A stretch of DNA of 61,897 bases, counting the filler, from Squatina squatina (Eukaryota), in NCBI GenBank assembly GCA_031763465.1. It is 4 parts of 4 records of this genome, joined end to end, with 100 filler letters (N's around TTAATTAATTAA, not from the genome) between each part and the next. Parts side by side here need not be neighbours in the genome. Positions count along the whole stretch, not along the records: positions 12,207 to 34,628 come from JARFOE010000234.1; positions 34,729 to 48,525 come from JARFOE010000072.1; 2 more parts are not named here. One strand, given 5' to 3'. This document shows, one piece after another, positions 24,327-36,277 of this stretch. Below the pieces are notes generated by a model that saw only the letters and a program-made list of their open reading frames with translations, did not search any database and was not told the DNA's origin. Made by a program: the position numbers and the translations under genes. Each line of letters begins with the position of its first letter. The stretch's first letter is position 1.

Positions 24327-26553
24327 NNNNNNNNNNNNNNNNNNNNNNNNNNNNNNNNNNNNNNNNNNNNNNNNNNNNNNNNNNNNNNNNNNNNNNNNNN
24401 NNNNNNNNNNNNNNNNNNNNNNNNNNACTGTATCCCTTTAAAGGAAATAATGAGTTCCACAACCTGAGCAAAACAACAATTACAATCTACTGCCTCCTTT
24501 CCTTTGCCTGCACAAGCTGTTCTGCTGCTGTGCGCCCTGAAGTTAATGCCGGGTGTCTGGCGTTGCACATCACTGTCCTGTTATTGCTGTCTGGGCTTGG
24601 ATGTGTCTACATGGCAATTAGTAAGATCAGCATAAGGGCAGTTCTTCTGGAGATGGTTATCAGAAGAAGCAGATGCCGAGATGATCCCCAGCTTAGTGAC
24701 AGTGCTGCTACCTTGTTTATTTGTACTCTGTCACTGGTCCTGTCACCTTTAAGTTGCCCACCCAGGAGCTACTCAAACCAGTATCACCATTCCAACAGAA
24801 GCTCTACTGGGTGATAACGTTTTGAAGGTTCAAGGGAGTTACAATATAAACTAACTCGTACAGCAGCAAGAATGCTTTCAAGCAGATAGCTAGAAGTGAC
24901 CAGAGTTTGAATATGAGAACTAACTCCAAGAAGAACCACAGGCAGTAGAAGGTCATGAGGTTAATCGGTGTGAAACCTTAAGTGAAACAGTTTAATAATA
25001 TCATAATTCTTTGTATTAAACATCTGCTTTGCTCTGTATCACTGACGGCGAAGTTACTTTGTTTTTCTATTGACCACCATGTATCAAATTTTGTCTCTTT
25101 TCCTAATTCAGTCCAGCAGACAATTTAGTTCAGTGATGACTATTATAATCCCTTACAGCACTCATTCCATTACTGCACATTGAAAAGAAGGAAAATAATT
25201 TGCATTTATATAGCACATGATTACATCTCAGAAGCATCTCACAATGCTTCAAATGAAATGCATGATATTGCTTAGTTATGTGGATAAATACAGCAGCCAT
25301 TTTGCACAGAACAAGCTATGTTCATGCTGAATGTTGCAAAGAAAACACAGAACACACTTAAATATGTTATTAGAAGTGTTCTAAATCTACTGTATCCTTT
25401 GAAAGCCGCAAAGAAGTTAACCAATTCTCTCAGAGGGATGAGGTGGTCAGTTGGTGTACATTGACGGTATCCTGCATGGGACTTCAACAATCCTATATTA
25501 TGAGTGCAGTGTTTATATTGACATAACCTCCTTTATTGCCACAGCTGTTTTGTGAGTTGGGTTTTTCTCTCCAGTCACTGATATTATTGAGGTGATAGAC
25601 ACCACTTTCCTGTGTTAGCATTTTTGTGTATGAAGTGCATATGGGCTTTAAACACAATCTCGGTTTTGAAAAGGTAACCAAATACTTAAGAATACATTCC
25701 TAAAAGGGAACGAGATGTGTTAAAAAAAAGTTAGCACCATCTGCAATCATTGTTTACCTATACATCTGTCAAATCTATTTATATTTCCTTGTTAGAAGCA
25801 GAGGCTCACTTTGTTTTCTTGTAATAAAGTAGAATGATATCTTTTGAAACAAGGTATGAATGAAATGTAAAGCTATATCACAACAAGGGTTTTCAGCATA
25901 AAAAAACTTCATAATATCTAATTGCAGGAACCAAACAAGTATGGAAGAGAAGTAGATAGGTGAAATTTAATTTTGCTTTTTTTTGTAACATGTAATCCTC
26001 TGATTAAAGGATGTTGCCAGCATACTGGATGGCCACAGCGCTACAGATTTGTCGAGACAGAAGAAATCAACATCTGGCATCTTTCGTTGCACGTAATGGT
26101 CCGTTCACCGCTGGTCCCAAAGTAAGCTTCCCACAAAAATCTCGCGATCTCTGTGGTGTGAGGTTTGGCTTTTCCCCGAGGTGCAGTTGGAATCAGTGCA
26201 AAGTTAATGGGGAATCCCCAGAGCAAGTTGCTATGACGTCAACAAGCTGTCTCAGCAGCCAATCACAGTTAGAATGCTCACAGACAGTGAACCAGGAAGT
26301 GAACAAGCTTCTTTGATTCTAACTTTTAAAAGATGGTACAGAGAGCAAAAGAAAGATTGGAGCTCTCACATGGGGAAAAGGTAAACCTGAAATAAAGATG
26401 AACAAACAAAAAAAGCTAAAAATAAATGTTTTAAAGTTTCTTCAGTGTGAATTNNNNNNNNNNNNNNNNNNNNNNNNNNNNNNNNNNNNNNNNNNNNNNN
26501 NNNNNNNNNNNNNNNNNNNNNNNNNNNNNNNNNNNNNNNNNNNNNNNNNNNNN

Positions 26554-27500
26554 CAGCCTCCAACGGATCAACGGATCATCCTCCACCATTTCCATCACCT
26601 GCAGTCTGATCCCACCACCAAACACATCTTACCCTACCCTCCTCTTTCAGCATTCCAAAGGCATTATTCCCTCTGCGACATCCTGGTCCACACCTCCATC
26701 ACCCCGAGCACCCCCTCCTCTTCCCGTGGCACCTTCCCGTGCAAGGGCAGGAGATGCAACACTTGCCTTTTTACCTCCTCCTTTCCCACTGTCCAGGGCC
26801 CCAAACAGTCCTTCGAGGTGAAACAGTGATTTACTTGTACTTCTTTCAATTTAGTATACTGTGTTCTGTGTACTGTGTCCACTACATTGGCCAGACTAAG
26901 TGCAAACTGGGTAATCGCTTTGAGGAACACCTCCGTTTAGTCGGCAAGTGTGACCCTGAGCTTCCGGTTGTCTGTCACTTTCATTCTCCGCTCCATTCCC
27001 ACTCTGACCTCTCTGTCCTCAGCTTGCTACACTATTCCAATGAAGCTCGACGTAAGCTCGAGAGCCCCACCTCATCTTTCAATTAGGCACTTTACAGCCT
27101 TCCGGACTCAACACTGAGTTCAATAATTTCAGATTATGTCAATTTCAGATCTCTGTCCCTATTTGATGATTCTGCTATTCCCATTTACAGGTCCTATAGA
27201 TCCATCTTGTGTTTCTTTAGTTGTCCCTTTCCAATCTCCTTTTGCACCATCATCCCTTTTGCCATTTAATCTCTCCTGCCTTCCATCCCATCACAGACCT
27301 TCCCTTTTGTTCTTTCCTCCCCCTCCCTTTCCCTGCCTCTGCACTTGCTTAAAATCTGTTGCATCTCGACCTCCTCCATTTCTGACCAAGGGTCATCGAC
27401 CTGCTTCTCTCTCCACAATGGTCCTGTCTGACCTGCTGAGTATTTCCAGCATTTTCTGTTTTTAATTCAGAATTCCATCATCCGCAGTATTTTGCTTTTG
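26554..27500 (+). mobile_element. Penelope-like element, GIY-YIG endonuclease end plus pLTR
   Basis: PCKGRRCNTC, YIGQTKCKLGNRFEEHL, HF..HSHSDL; 3' end CTGAGTATTTCCAGCATTTTCTG..CCGCAGTATTTTGC. Confidence 0.9.
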
Positions 27501-30500
27501 GATTAAGTAATTGCATCTTAACGAGGTGCAAAAATACTCACTGAGCACCTGCTTTGGCGCATATAACACGGTGCAAGCGGCAACTTTGTAATTCACAATA
27601 ATGTTAATGGAATGGCTATTTGGCCAATTTAAATGATTGCCCGATTGAAACACTTACCCGATTTAATCGTGGGCGCTTTAGGTTTTACTTTGCAAGCTGG
27701 AAGACTTGTGTGCCAGTTCTCAGCACAATAGAAAACACTTACTTCTGGGACAGTCTCCGAGTAGATGACCTCAGCACCAAAATTTCCTCTGCTTTCTACC
27801 TGGGGTATGTGTATTGCCCAGGTGAAAAGCAGGGCAACAAGTAGGCAAAGCCCCTTAACACCAGACCTTTTGCCCCCTCTGCCCCTCACTGTTACTTTTG
27901 AGGGTTTCTCTGGCAGGGGTGGGTGATGCAAGAATTTACATGAATTGGTAATGAAGCCATTTTCCGAGGCGTCTGCTTGGTCCAGGCTAGATGGAGTGGT
28001 GCCTGCAGCAAGTGGGCCTTAGTGCTTGTGCCTTGCTCCATCAGATATGGAGATCCTTACCTTCTAAGGCCCTGCTCTTCTGTCATAGTTGTGCCGAGAG
28101 TGCGCCAGAAGGGCCAGAGTGATTTTGTGCCAATTTTCTTGGAGATGCACTGTAACTGGCTGTCTTTTTCATTTCTAGGAGGTCCTTCCCCAAGGTGACT
28201 TTTGGCTTCTCACACGTGATTTGTTCCTGTGAACTTCTTTATATCGCCACATTGTGAAATGAGATAGCGAAGGTCGCTTTGAGATAGGAAGGGGGTCAAC
28301 AGGGACATNNNNNNNNNNNNNNNNNNNNNNNNNNNNNNNNNNNNNNNNNNNNNNNNNNNNNNNNNNNNNNNNNNNNNNNNNNNNNNNNNNNNNNNNNNNN
28401 NNNNNNNNTCTCCAGTACTATTGAGCATGGCATTTACAGTCATAACAAAGGAGTATTTTGTAGGTGTGATGGTTGAACTTGATTAATATTGCCTTTCCCA
28501 CTGGTCTTAGTAAGCGATGAGTGTCACTGAATGGAGTTTTTTGTTTGTTCTTTGCTTGCAAAGCTGAGTTGAACAAAAGAGCAAATACCTGAGCCCACCA
28601 GTGACCCAGGGTGACAGAAAATTTTGACTTATGGGCTTGTAAGAGAGTGGAAGATTTATAGTTCACAAGAGTCCCCGTGAACCAGACCAGATTCCAACAC
28701 CAGGTGCTCAACGTGACAACTGTGTTGTTAGGAGGCCAGCTATGAATGACACCGAAAACAATAGCAGAGGTCAGTTTGGGTAGAAGCCGGCATTGCCTGG
28801 TAGGAGACAATTCAGACATATCAAAAGAACCATAGAGAGACAGAGAGAGAGAGCACACAGTTTTCATGTTAAAGGACAAAAGTAGCAAAAAGGACGAGTG
28901 ACGGACAGATTTATCAACCGTGAAAATCTACAGTATTTTGCACCTGAAATGTTTGGTGTCAAATTGTTTCTGGTCGAACCTTTCATGTACACAATAAACC
29001 CACAGTGCCGATCCCAGAGGTCTTATTATTGCTAATTAGTTTAGGCATCTGCAGAACTAGAGAGCCGCGACAGCCAGCAAACTAAATCACTTTGTGAGGG
29101 AAGGGTCGCTCCCGTACAGGTTTTCTTTTCTCACTTGGGAAGAATTTTAACCCTCTCCCTGTAAATGTGCATAAAAGTACTGGCCTTTGTCAGAATTTTC
29201 ACCAGCAGATTAATGACCTAGGGCGATACCAATCAGCATTGAGGGACACTTGTTCTGCATTAGTGCCATATTGTCATGGGGCATTTGCGTCCAGCATGTT
29301 TGCCTCTAAAGTATGCCGTGAATTCAAAGGGCACATGTTTGACTGCGACAGAGGTTTACTGGAGCAAGACATAAAAGCAGAAAATTACAGCTCAGCTTTC
29401 GTAATTAGGTGTAACCGTGTAATGTGGACAAATAGTGCCTGGCCCCAAAGAAAGCGTTTTTATATTTCTCCAAGCCTGGTTGAATTGCCCCACGATCCTT
29501 GCTGATCAATAGCAGATTAAGGAGATTAAGTAGAAAAGCAAAACAACATTCCATTCAGAACTGGTTGAAGCTGAGCCGCTATTTGTTGCCTTAACCCAAA
29601 ACCATATATTGCCTTTTAAAAAAAAGATTATCTGTAGCAGCTTCTTAGCTTCAAGCTGTATTTCCATATTTAGTATCCAGTATAGCAAATGTTACCAGGC
29701 ATTTAATCTCAGCAGTCACTCCCTGTCTGAGCACCGTGTACCCCCTTTATCTACCAACTGGTCCCCGAAGGTATTCCTCTCCAACTGCTTCTATATATGA
29801 GCACATTTATCCACAAACGCTCAACATTTTTATCTCTGCTTTAGTGGCTGCTCTATGAGTGTTTTATTTCAACTGATTGCTGCAGCGAGTCTATTAAAGA
29901 GGCAGTTTCACTCAATTAATTGCCTTGCAAACATCACACTTCTGGTGTATATAAATTCCATGGCCTAGAAATTGGGTCNNNNNNNNNNNNNNNNNNNNNN
30001 NNNNNNNNNNNNNNNNNNNNNNNNNNNNNNNNNNNNNNNNNNNNNNNNNNNNNNNNNNNNNNNNNNNNNNNNNNNNNNCTTGTAGGAAAAAGGGAATGAC
30101 CCCCTCCTGGAAATCCTTTGGATTTAATAGACAGAGTGGTTGCGACACTGATGTATTCAAAGTCATTGTTCCATTCAATGCTCAACAGAGATACTTCAGA
30201 ATACAATATTCTCCTTAAGAGACATCTTGAGACAGTGGAGGGTAAAGCTGCCTGGGAAAATGGGATTTAAGTGTCTAGAAAACGAGATTAGCCTTCCCCA
30301 CTTGATCCTTGGTGAAACAAGTTTGAACTGAGACATTTGAAAGCTGACAGTTCCCCATGAATTCCACTTTTAACCGGGCTACTGATTTTGTGTGTAGGGG
30401 CCACGGTCTTTTCTTGCCCTTGTATTGTTGCATGGTTCCAATGAGTTGATTCTTATGTGAGAACCAGCAGTGCGTGCATCTTTAGTCTAGCCACGGCTAA

Positions 30501-31332
30501 CGTTCAATGCCTTTGCTCTCTATAATGGGCCCATTAGAAATTCGAAGGGTTGTTACTTTTTTTTCGGTTCTAGGATTTGGCTCAAGTCCCATATGATTAA
30601 TAGTATGTGATGTTTGATCCCCACCTTTTGCTTCAATAGTCCAGTTAGGCTGGAACGCCATCTATTCCGAAACTGTGGCAGACAATTAAAGGACTTGTAA
30701 GTAAATAATTGACCCTCTCCTCAAATTGACTGCCACCTTCTTTAAGTGTCTCGTCATACTACGAAGGTAGGCACTTTTTTTTTTTTAAAACTGCCAAAAG
30801 TGTACACAATACATAGGGTTCAAAGTTGTACGACTGCCACATCTGCCATCCTGCTACTTGCTTCAGTGTCAGGAATGTTCCTTCTGTACAATCAGCGATA
30901 GTTAAACCTAATGTGCATAAACACCTAATACAGTTTCATTAACGACTCGTCTGAAGAGAAACTGAGCTTTATTGCGAACCGCCATTGACAGAAAATAAGT
31001 ACAAGCCTAGGAGAGAAGATTAACATTTCCAATATCATTATTTTCAAATTAAAATAATTTTTCCATTATGATAGTTGAACCACAGCTTAAAACATCAGAA
31101 GGAAATGCTGCCTCACAAATTATAATATAATATTACAGGAAAAGAACTGAATAATGCAACCAAAAAAACCCAACATTTGCTAAAAGCAGCATTACAATAT
31201 TCCAAAAACACAGAGGAATTTAGAAATTAAAACCTGTCATTTCAACTCTAAACATTCTAGAATGATGTTAAGTGGTTTATGTTATGTGGCATATTTTATG
31301 ATTTTCATTTTTCTACAGTTAACCGTTAAGTC

Positions 31333-31600
31333 TTTGTGTGAATGGAGATCAAGCATCCACAAAGACGCCAACCACATCGAGCTTCTCCGGCGGGAGCACG
31401 TGGAGGCCAAGCGCAGGCAGTGGAAGGAGGGCGCGGAAACCCGAGCATCCCATCCACTCGCCCCATCAAATACCACCTGATCCACCTGTGGTAGAGTTTG
31501 CAGATCAAGCATTGGACTATTTCGTCACCTCAGAACCCACAACTGCGGAATGGAAACAAGTCATCCTCGACCCCGAGGGACTGAGTAAGAAGAAGGAGAG
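31333..31600 (+). mobile_element. RTE LINE short 3' fragment
   Basis: Terminal zinc-finger relic (TCGRVCRSSIGLFRHLRTH) and GACCCCGAGGGACTG plus AAG-rich tail. Confidence 0.9.
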
Positions 31601-31882
31601 GGCAGATATCAAAACATGTGTGTTTTAAGTTTCCGTGAACAGAAATGAGCAGATGAATTTTTGCAGGAATAAAGCTTCATACAATTTGTTAAAAAGTAGA
31701 GCTGGAGGGCATATCTGCACGAAGCTTTCACATAATAAAATAAGTAATAAGGCATAGCACGTTGGGATAAATAATGGAGAATNNNNNNNNNNNNNNNNNN
31801 NNNNNNNNNNNNNNNNNNNNNNNNNNNNNNNNNNNNNNNNNNNNNNNNNNNNNNNNNNNNNNNNNNNNNNNNNNNNNNNNNN

Positions 31883-32222
31883 TATCTCAGTTGAGTTGGC
31901 ATATGCAGTCGAGCTGTACTCGGCTAACTTGTGATGACATGATAATCTGCTCTAGTGATGTTGATTGAGGGACAAACATTGGCTCAGGCAACCAGGGATA
32001 AGTCCCCTACACTTTCTTCGAAGTAGCACTCTGGGATCTTTTACATCCATCTGAGAGAGCAGACGGGGCCCTTGGTTTAATGTAGCGTCTTGATTTAATG
32101 TCCCGTCCCCGCTTTCTACATTGCAACAGCGACGGCACTTCGAAAAGTAATTTCACCGGCTGCAAAGCATTTTGGGACGTCCTGAGGTAGCGACAGGTGC
32201 TACATAAATGCAAGTTCTTTCT
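31883..32222. mobile_element. Deu-SINE fragments in opposite orientations
   Basis: Minus-strand Deu core at about 31883-32080; plus-strand tail at about 32105-32222. Confidence 0.65.
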
Positions 32223-32257
32223 TCATGCTTTAAAGACCAGGAGAACATTCTGATCGC

Positions 32258-32642
32258 AACAACAACTTGTATTTATATAGTGCCGTTAATGTAGTGAAAC
32301 GTTCCAAGGCGATTCACCGGAGTGTTATGAGATAAGAAATCTGACACCGAGCCGCAAAAGGAGAAATTAGGGCAGGTGACCAAAAGCTTGGTCAAAGAGG
32401 TGGTTTTATGGAGCATCTTGAAGGAAGAAGGAGGTGGAGAGGTTTAGACAGGGAATTCCAGAGCATAGGACCTAGGCAACCGAAGGCACGGCCACCAATG
32501 TTTGAGCCAATATAATCAGGGATGCTCAAGAGGGCCGAATTAGAGGAGCGCAGACATATGGTGGGGGGGTGGGGGTGGCTGGAGGAGATTNNNNNNNNNN
32601 CCATGGAGGGATTTGAAAACAAGGATGAGAATTTTGAAATCA
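32258..32642 (-). mobile_element. L2 LINE 3' end
   Basis: IGGRAFGCLGPMLWNSL; tail GGCACTATATAAATACAAGTTGTTGTTG. Confidence 0.88.
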
Positions 32643-32799
32643 TTCAGAGTGCGCATCAGCCAGACTGATCAATTCAAGTGGCCACCAACTAGTTAAAGAA
32701 AAAAAAACCTCATGCAACCTGGACCGACCTGTCAAAACTTCAGACTGTGGAAGAAGATACAGGCCAGAACTTGACATGTGCATTTTATATTATTTTTGT

Positions 32800-33338
32800 A
32801 GCCACGTGGGGATTGTCAGAGCCGTTTCCTGGTTGCTCTAAAATGTGCACGTGTCCCTCTCTCGTATCCCCTGCCAAACTCCTTATATAAATCGGGTAGC
32901 CGAAGATCAAATCCAAACTCGCCAGTGTGTGTGTGTGTGTGTGGGCAAAGCACCGTGGTTAAAAGTTGAGAGGGACGCCGGGCTGAGCGCACCTTAAACA
33001 TGCCAGACTCCCTTCCTTGGCTCTCTATTGCCCAGCAGTCAGCAGAAGAAGGGGTTTCAGACCGGATCGCCCATGTATTCTCAGTGAAGGCTCGGCTTCT
33101 CCAGGCAACACGTGGATAAACTTTAATTCTACACACACACACACACACAAAAAGAGTCTCACTTTCCGCACTATCGTCCAAGAACATTTTTCCTGCGATT
33201 TTAAAACCTGTGCAACCTTAAGCGCCTCTTTTTTTTGTATTCTCACCCACCCCTTCCTTCCACCTTGATCCGTCAGGAAAAGGCACACGAGATCGAGGAT
33301 TATTATTATTGTTGCTGCGCCGCTTCCAACGCCGCCTT
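32800..33338 (+). promoter_or_regulatory. Putative Pol II promoter and 5' UTR
   Basis: CACGTG at 32803, 32848 and 33109; TATATAAA at 32884-32891; locally CpG-enriched and not recognisably repeat-derived. Confidence 0.45.
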
Positions 33339-33674
33339 NNNNNNNNNNNNNNNNNNNNNNNNNNNNNNNNNNNNNNNNNNNNNNNNNNNNNNNNNNNNNN
33401 NNNNNNNNNNNNNNNNNNNNNNNNNNNNNNNNNNNNNNCTATAAAAATATGATGAGTTTGGTAACTTGTGAGGAAGAGTGACAATAATTTGTGTAATTGA
33501 TGAATTAATGAATGATCACCTTTTTGTGATCATTATTTGGAATAGTTTAATTTACCCTGTTAACAAGGCCCAGCTTCTTTGTTGACTTCATCAAGGCCGG
33601 TCATTAAATGGAGTAAGATCTGCCAATTTACACAGAGTTATGTTCTGCTTTGTCAAGAGACATATTGGCAGCTC

Positions 33675-34628
33675 ATAGGAACATAAGAACAGGATTAGGC
33701 CATTCAGCCCCTTCGACCTGTTCCGCCTTTCAGTTAGCTCATGCCTGACTCCTATCTTAACTCCTACCTGCCTTGGTTCTGTAACCCTCAATACCATTTC
33801 CTAATATCTATCAATTTCAGTTTTGAAATTGTCAATTGATCTAGCCTCTACCATTTTTTGAGGGAGAGAGTTCCAGATTTCTACTCCCCTTTGTGTGAAG
33901 AAATGATTCCTGACAACGCCCCTGAATGGCACAGCTCTCATTTTAAGGTTATGCCCCCTTATTCTGGATTCCTCACCAGAGTAAAGAATTTCTCTCTATC
34001 TACCTTGTCAATTCCTATAATTATCTTAAACACCTCAGTTAGATCTTCTATACTCAAAGGAATACAAGTCCAGTCTATGTAACCTGTCCTCATATTTTTA
34101 CCCTTTCAGCCCCAGTATCATCCTGGTGAATGCGCTGCACCCACTCCACGGTCAATATATCCTTGCCAGGAACTGAATGCAGTACTTAAGATGGGTCTAA
34201 CCAGAGCTTTATATAACTGTAACATAACTTCCACCCCTTTGTATTCCACGCCCCTTGAGACAAAGGCTAACATTTTATTACTCTTTTTAATTGTTTTTTT
34301 AGCTGCCCATGAGCTGTTGGTGATTTCTATGCTTGGTCTCCTAAATCTCTCTTCTCCTCCACAGTTCCCAGCTTCTCGCCAATTAGAAAATACCCTGATC
34401 TTTCTTTCTAAGGTCCAAAGTGGATGGCCTCACACTTTCCCACATTGAACTCCATCTGCCAGTTTTACCCACCCACTTTATCAATGTCCCTTTGCAACTT
34501 TTTGCTCCCATCTACATTACTTACTGTGCCACCTGACTTGGTGTAATCAGCAAACTTGGAGTATGGCTCTTTATTCCTTCATCTGAGTACAGATGCCTGG
34601 GGGACACCACCAGTCACACATTACCAAT
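33675..34628 (-). mobile_element. CR1 LINE 3' part
   Basis: Plus strand begins CATAGGAACATAAGAACAGGATTAGGCCATTCAGCCC, a reversed CR1 tail; decayed RT downstream. Confidence 0.88.
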
Positions 34629-34728
34629 NNNNNNNNNNNNNNNNNNNNNNNNNNNNNNNNNNNNNNNNNNNNTTAATTAATTAANNNNNNNNNNNNNNNN
34701 NNNNNNNNNNNNNNNNNNNNNNNNNNNN
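34629..34728. other. Artificial scaffold linker N44-TTAATTAATTAA-N44
   Basis: Same structure as at 12107. Confidence 0.97.
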
Positions 34729-36277
34729 CATATCTCCTTCTTCTTTCTCTGCTGCTATAAAGCTTTGCCAAACAAAATGAACACAGCTCACATGAGAACT
34801 GGTAAACTTAATAACAAATCTAGAAAATGAATATGTGCTAGTCTATTTTAATTCTGTCTTAAAATACATATGAAATATGAAAGAATCCAATCGAAAACAT
34901 TGTTGGTTGGCTCAATATATAATACATCTGCAGAAGAAGGCACTTATAAATTATTGCATTGTTCCACAAGCCTGAAAGGACGATCCTGCGGAAAGGGAAT
35001 GACTGTGAGTCACTGCTGTATGGTTCTGAATGTAATATTAAAGAAAATAAATATAAGTATTTTGTTTAGTGAGAACTGCCCCTAATAATTGGCTTAATTA
35101 TTGTTTTAGTCATTATGTAATTATGTTTTGTGACTGGATTAAACTCAATGGGAGTCTGCAGTGCTTACCATAAATGTTACATTACTGTCAGTGGAAACAT
35201 ACTGCAGTATGCAGCAAGCACGCCATAGTGTTGCTGCAAACTGGGCAATTTTGACAGGAAAAATCTATTTGTTTGCTCTACAATTTTTGTTTTTTTTATG
35301 TCCACGAAATAAATCTAAGTTATGCATCTTTCAATGTTTGTATATAAGTTAAGTAAAACCGTAAGAGTGCAAAACCTTTAGGGCGATGTCGACAACTGGA
35401 TAATTTCAATTTAGTGTATTTATTAATGCACAATATTGTTCAACTAAAATGTTAAAATACATGAACGGAAGTAATTTGCACATCAAGTGTGGATATCGGC
35501 AAATGTGTTTCAAAAATGTTTGATCATGCAAGACTTGCTAATGGCTTTGGAATGTTAAAATTATATCCGCTGCAATCTATTTTGACTAATAAGGATCTGT
35601 CAAGTGGCTCGTATACACACACAGGCTGCTGATGTTAGTGTTCTGGGTGACAAACCACAACCAGCCTCCAGACAACTGAAGTCCTACCACTTGTGTACAG
35701 TGGTAATAACCTTGTGTCTCACGCTTCTATGCCTCATTTCCTCAGTTAATGTCCTTTTCGTCCTGGTATTTATTTTCTTTAATATTACATTCAGAGCAGT
35801 ACAGTGCAGTGACTCACATTCATTCCCTCTCCCCAGAATCTTCCTCCTAGGCTTGTAGAACAATATGATAATTTATAAAGGCTTTCTGCAGATGTATTAT
35901 ACAGCATCAATTGTTCTTTATTACAGTGATATTTAAATTAGGCCATGATTTCATTCTGCGATGAACCACTACCAATGTCATGCACAAAGTAACCTTTATT
36001 TTACTTGAACTTTGCTGGCTTAAAAAAAATAGTCTCTCACATGTGGATGAGACTTCAATTTCAAATTAACTCCAAGACTTGTTGTTTGTCCATTCAGTTA
36101 CAATAGCTTGTTTCTCAAACAACATTTGAAATGATGTGAGTCAAATGTTATCCTATACTCTTTGAAAATAGGTTTTCNNNNNNNNNNNNNNNNNNNNNNN
36201 NNNNNNNNNNNNNNNNNNNNNNNNNNNNNNNNNNNNNNNNNNNNNNNNNNNNNNNNNNNNNNNNNNNNNNNNNNNNN

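Noticed and set aside
27654-27800. Minus-strand mini-exons with two gtaagtg donors (VESRGNFGAEVIYSETVPE)
   Set aside because: No similarity to NEIL3 or any protein I recognise; the context resembles a MITE.
28418-28888. 156-aa minus-strand ORF
   Set aside because: No motifs, non-ATG start, includes a microsatellite; consistent with chance.
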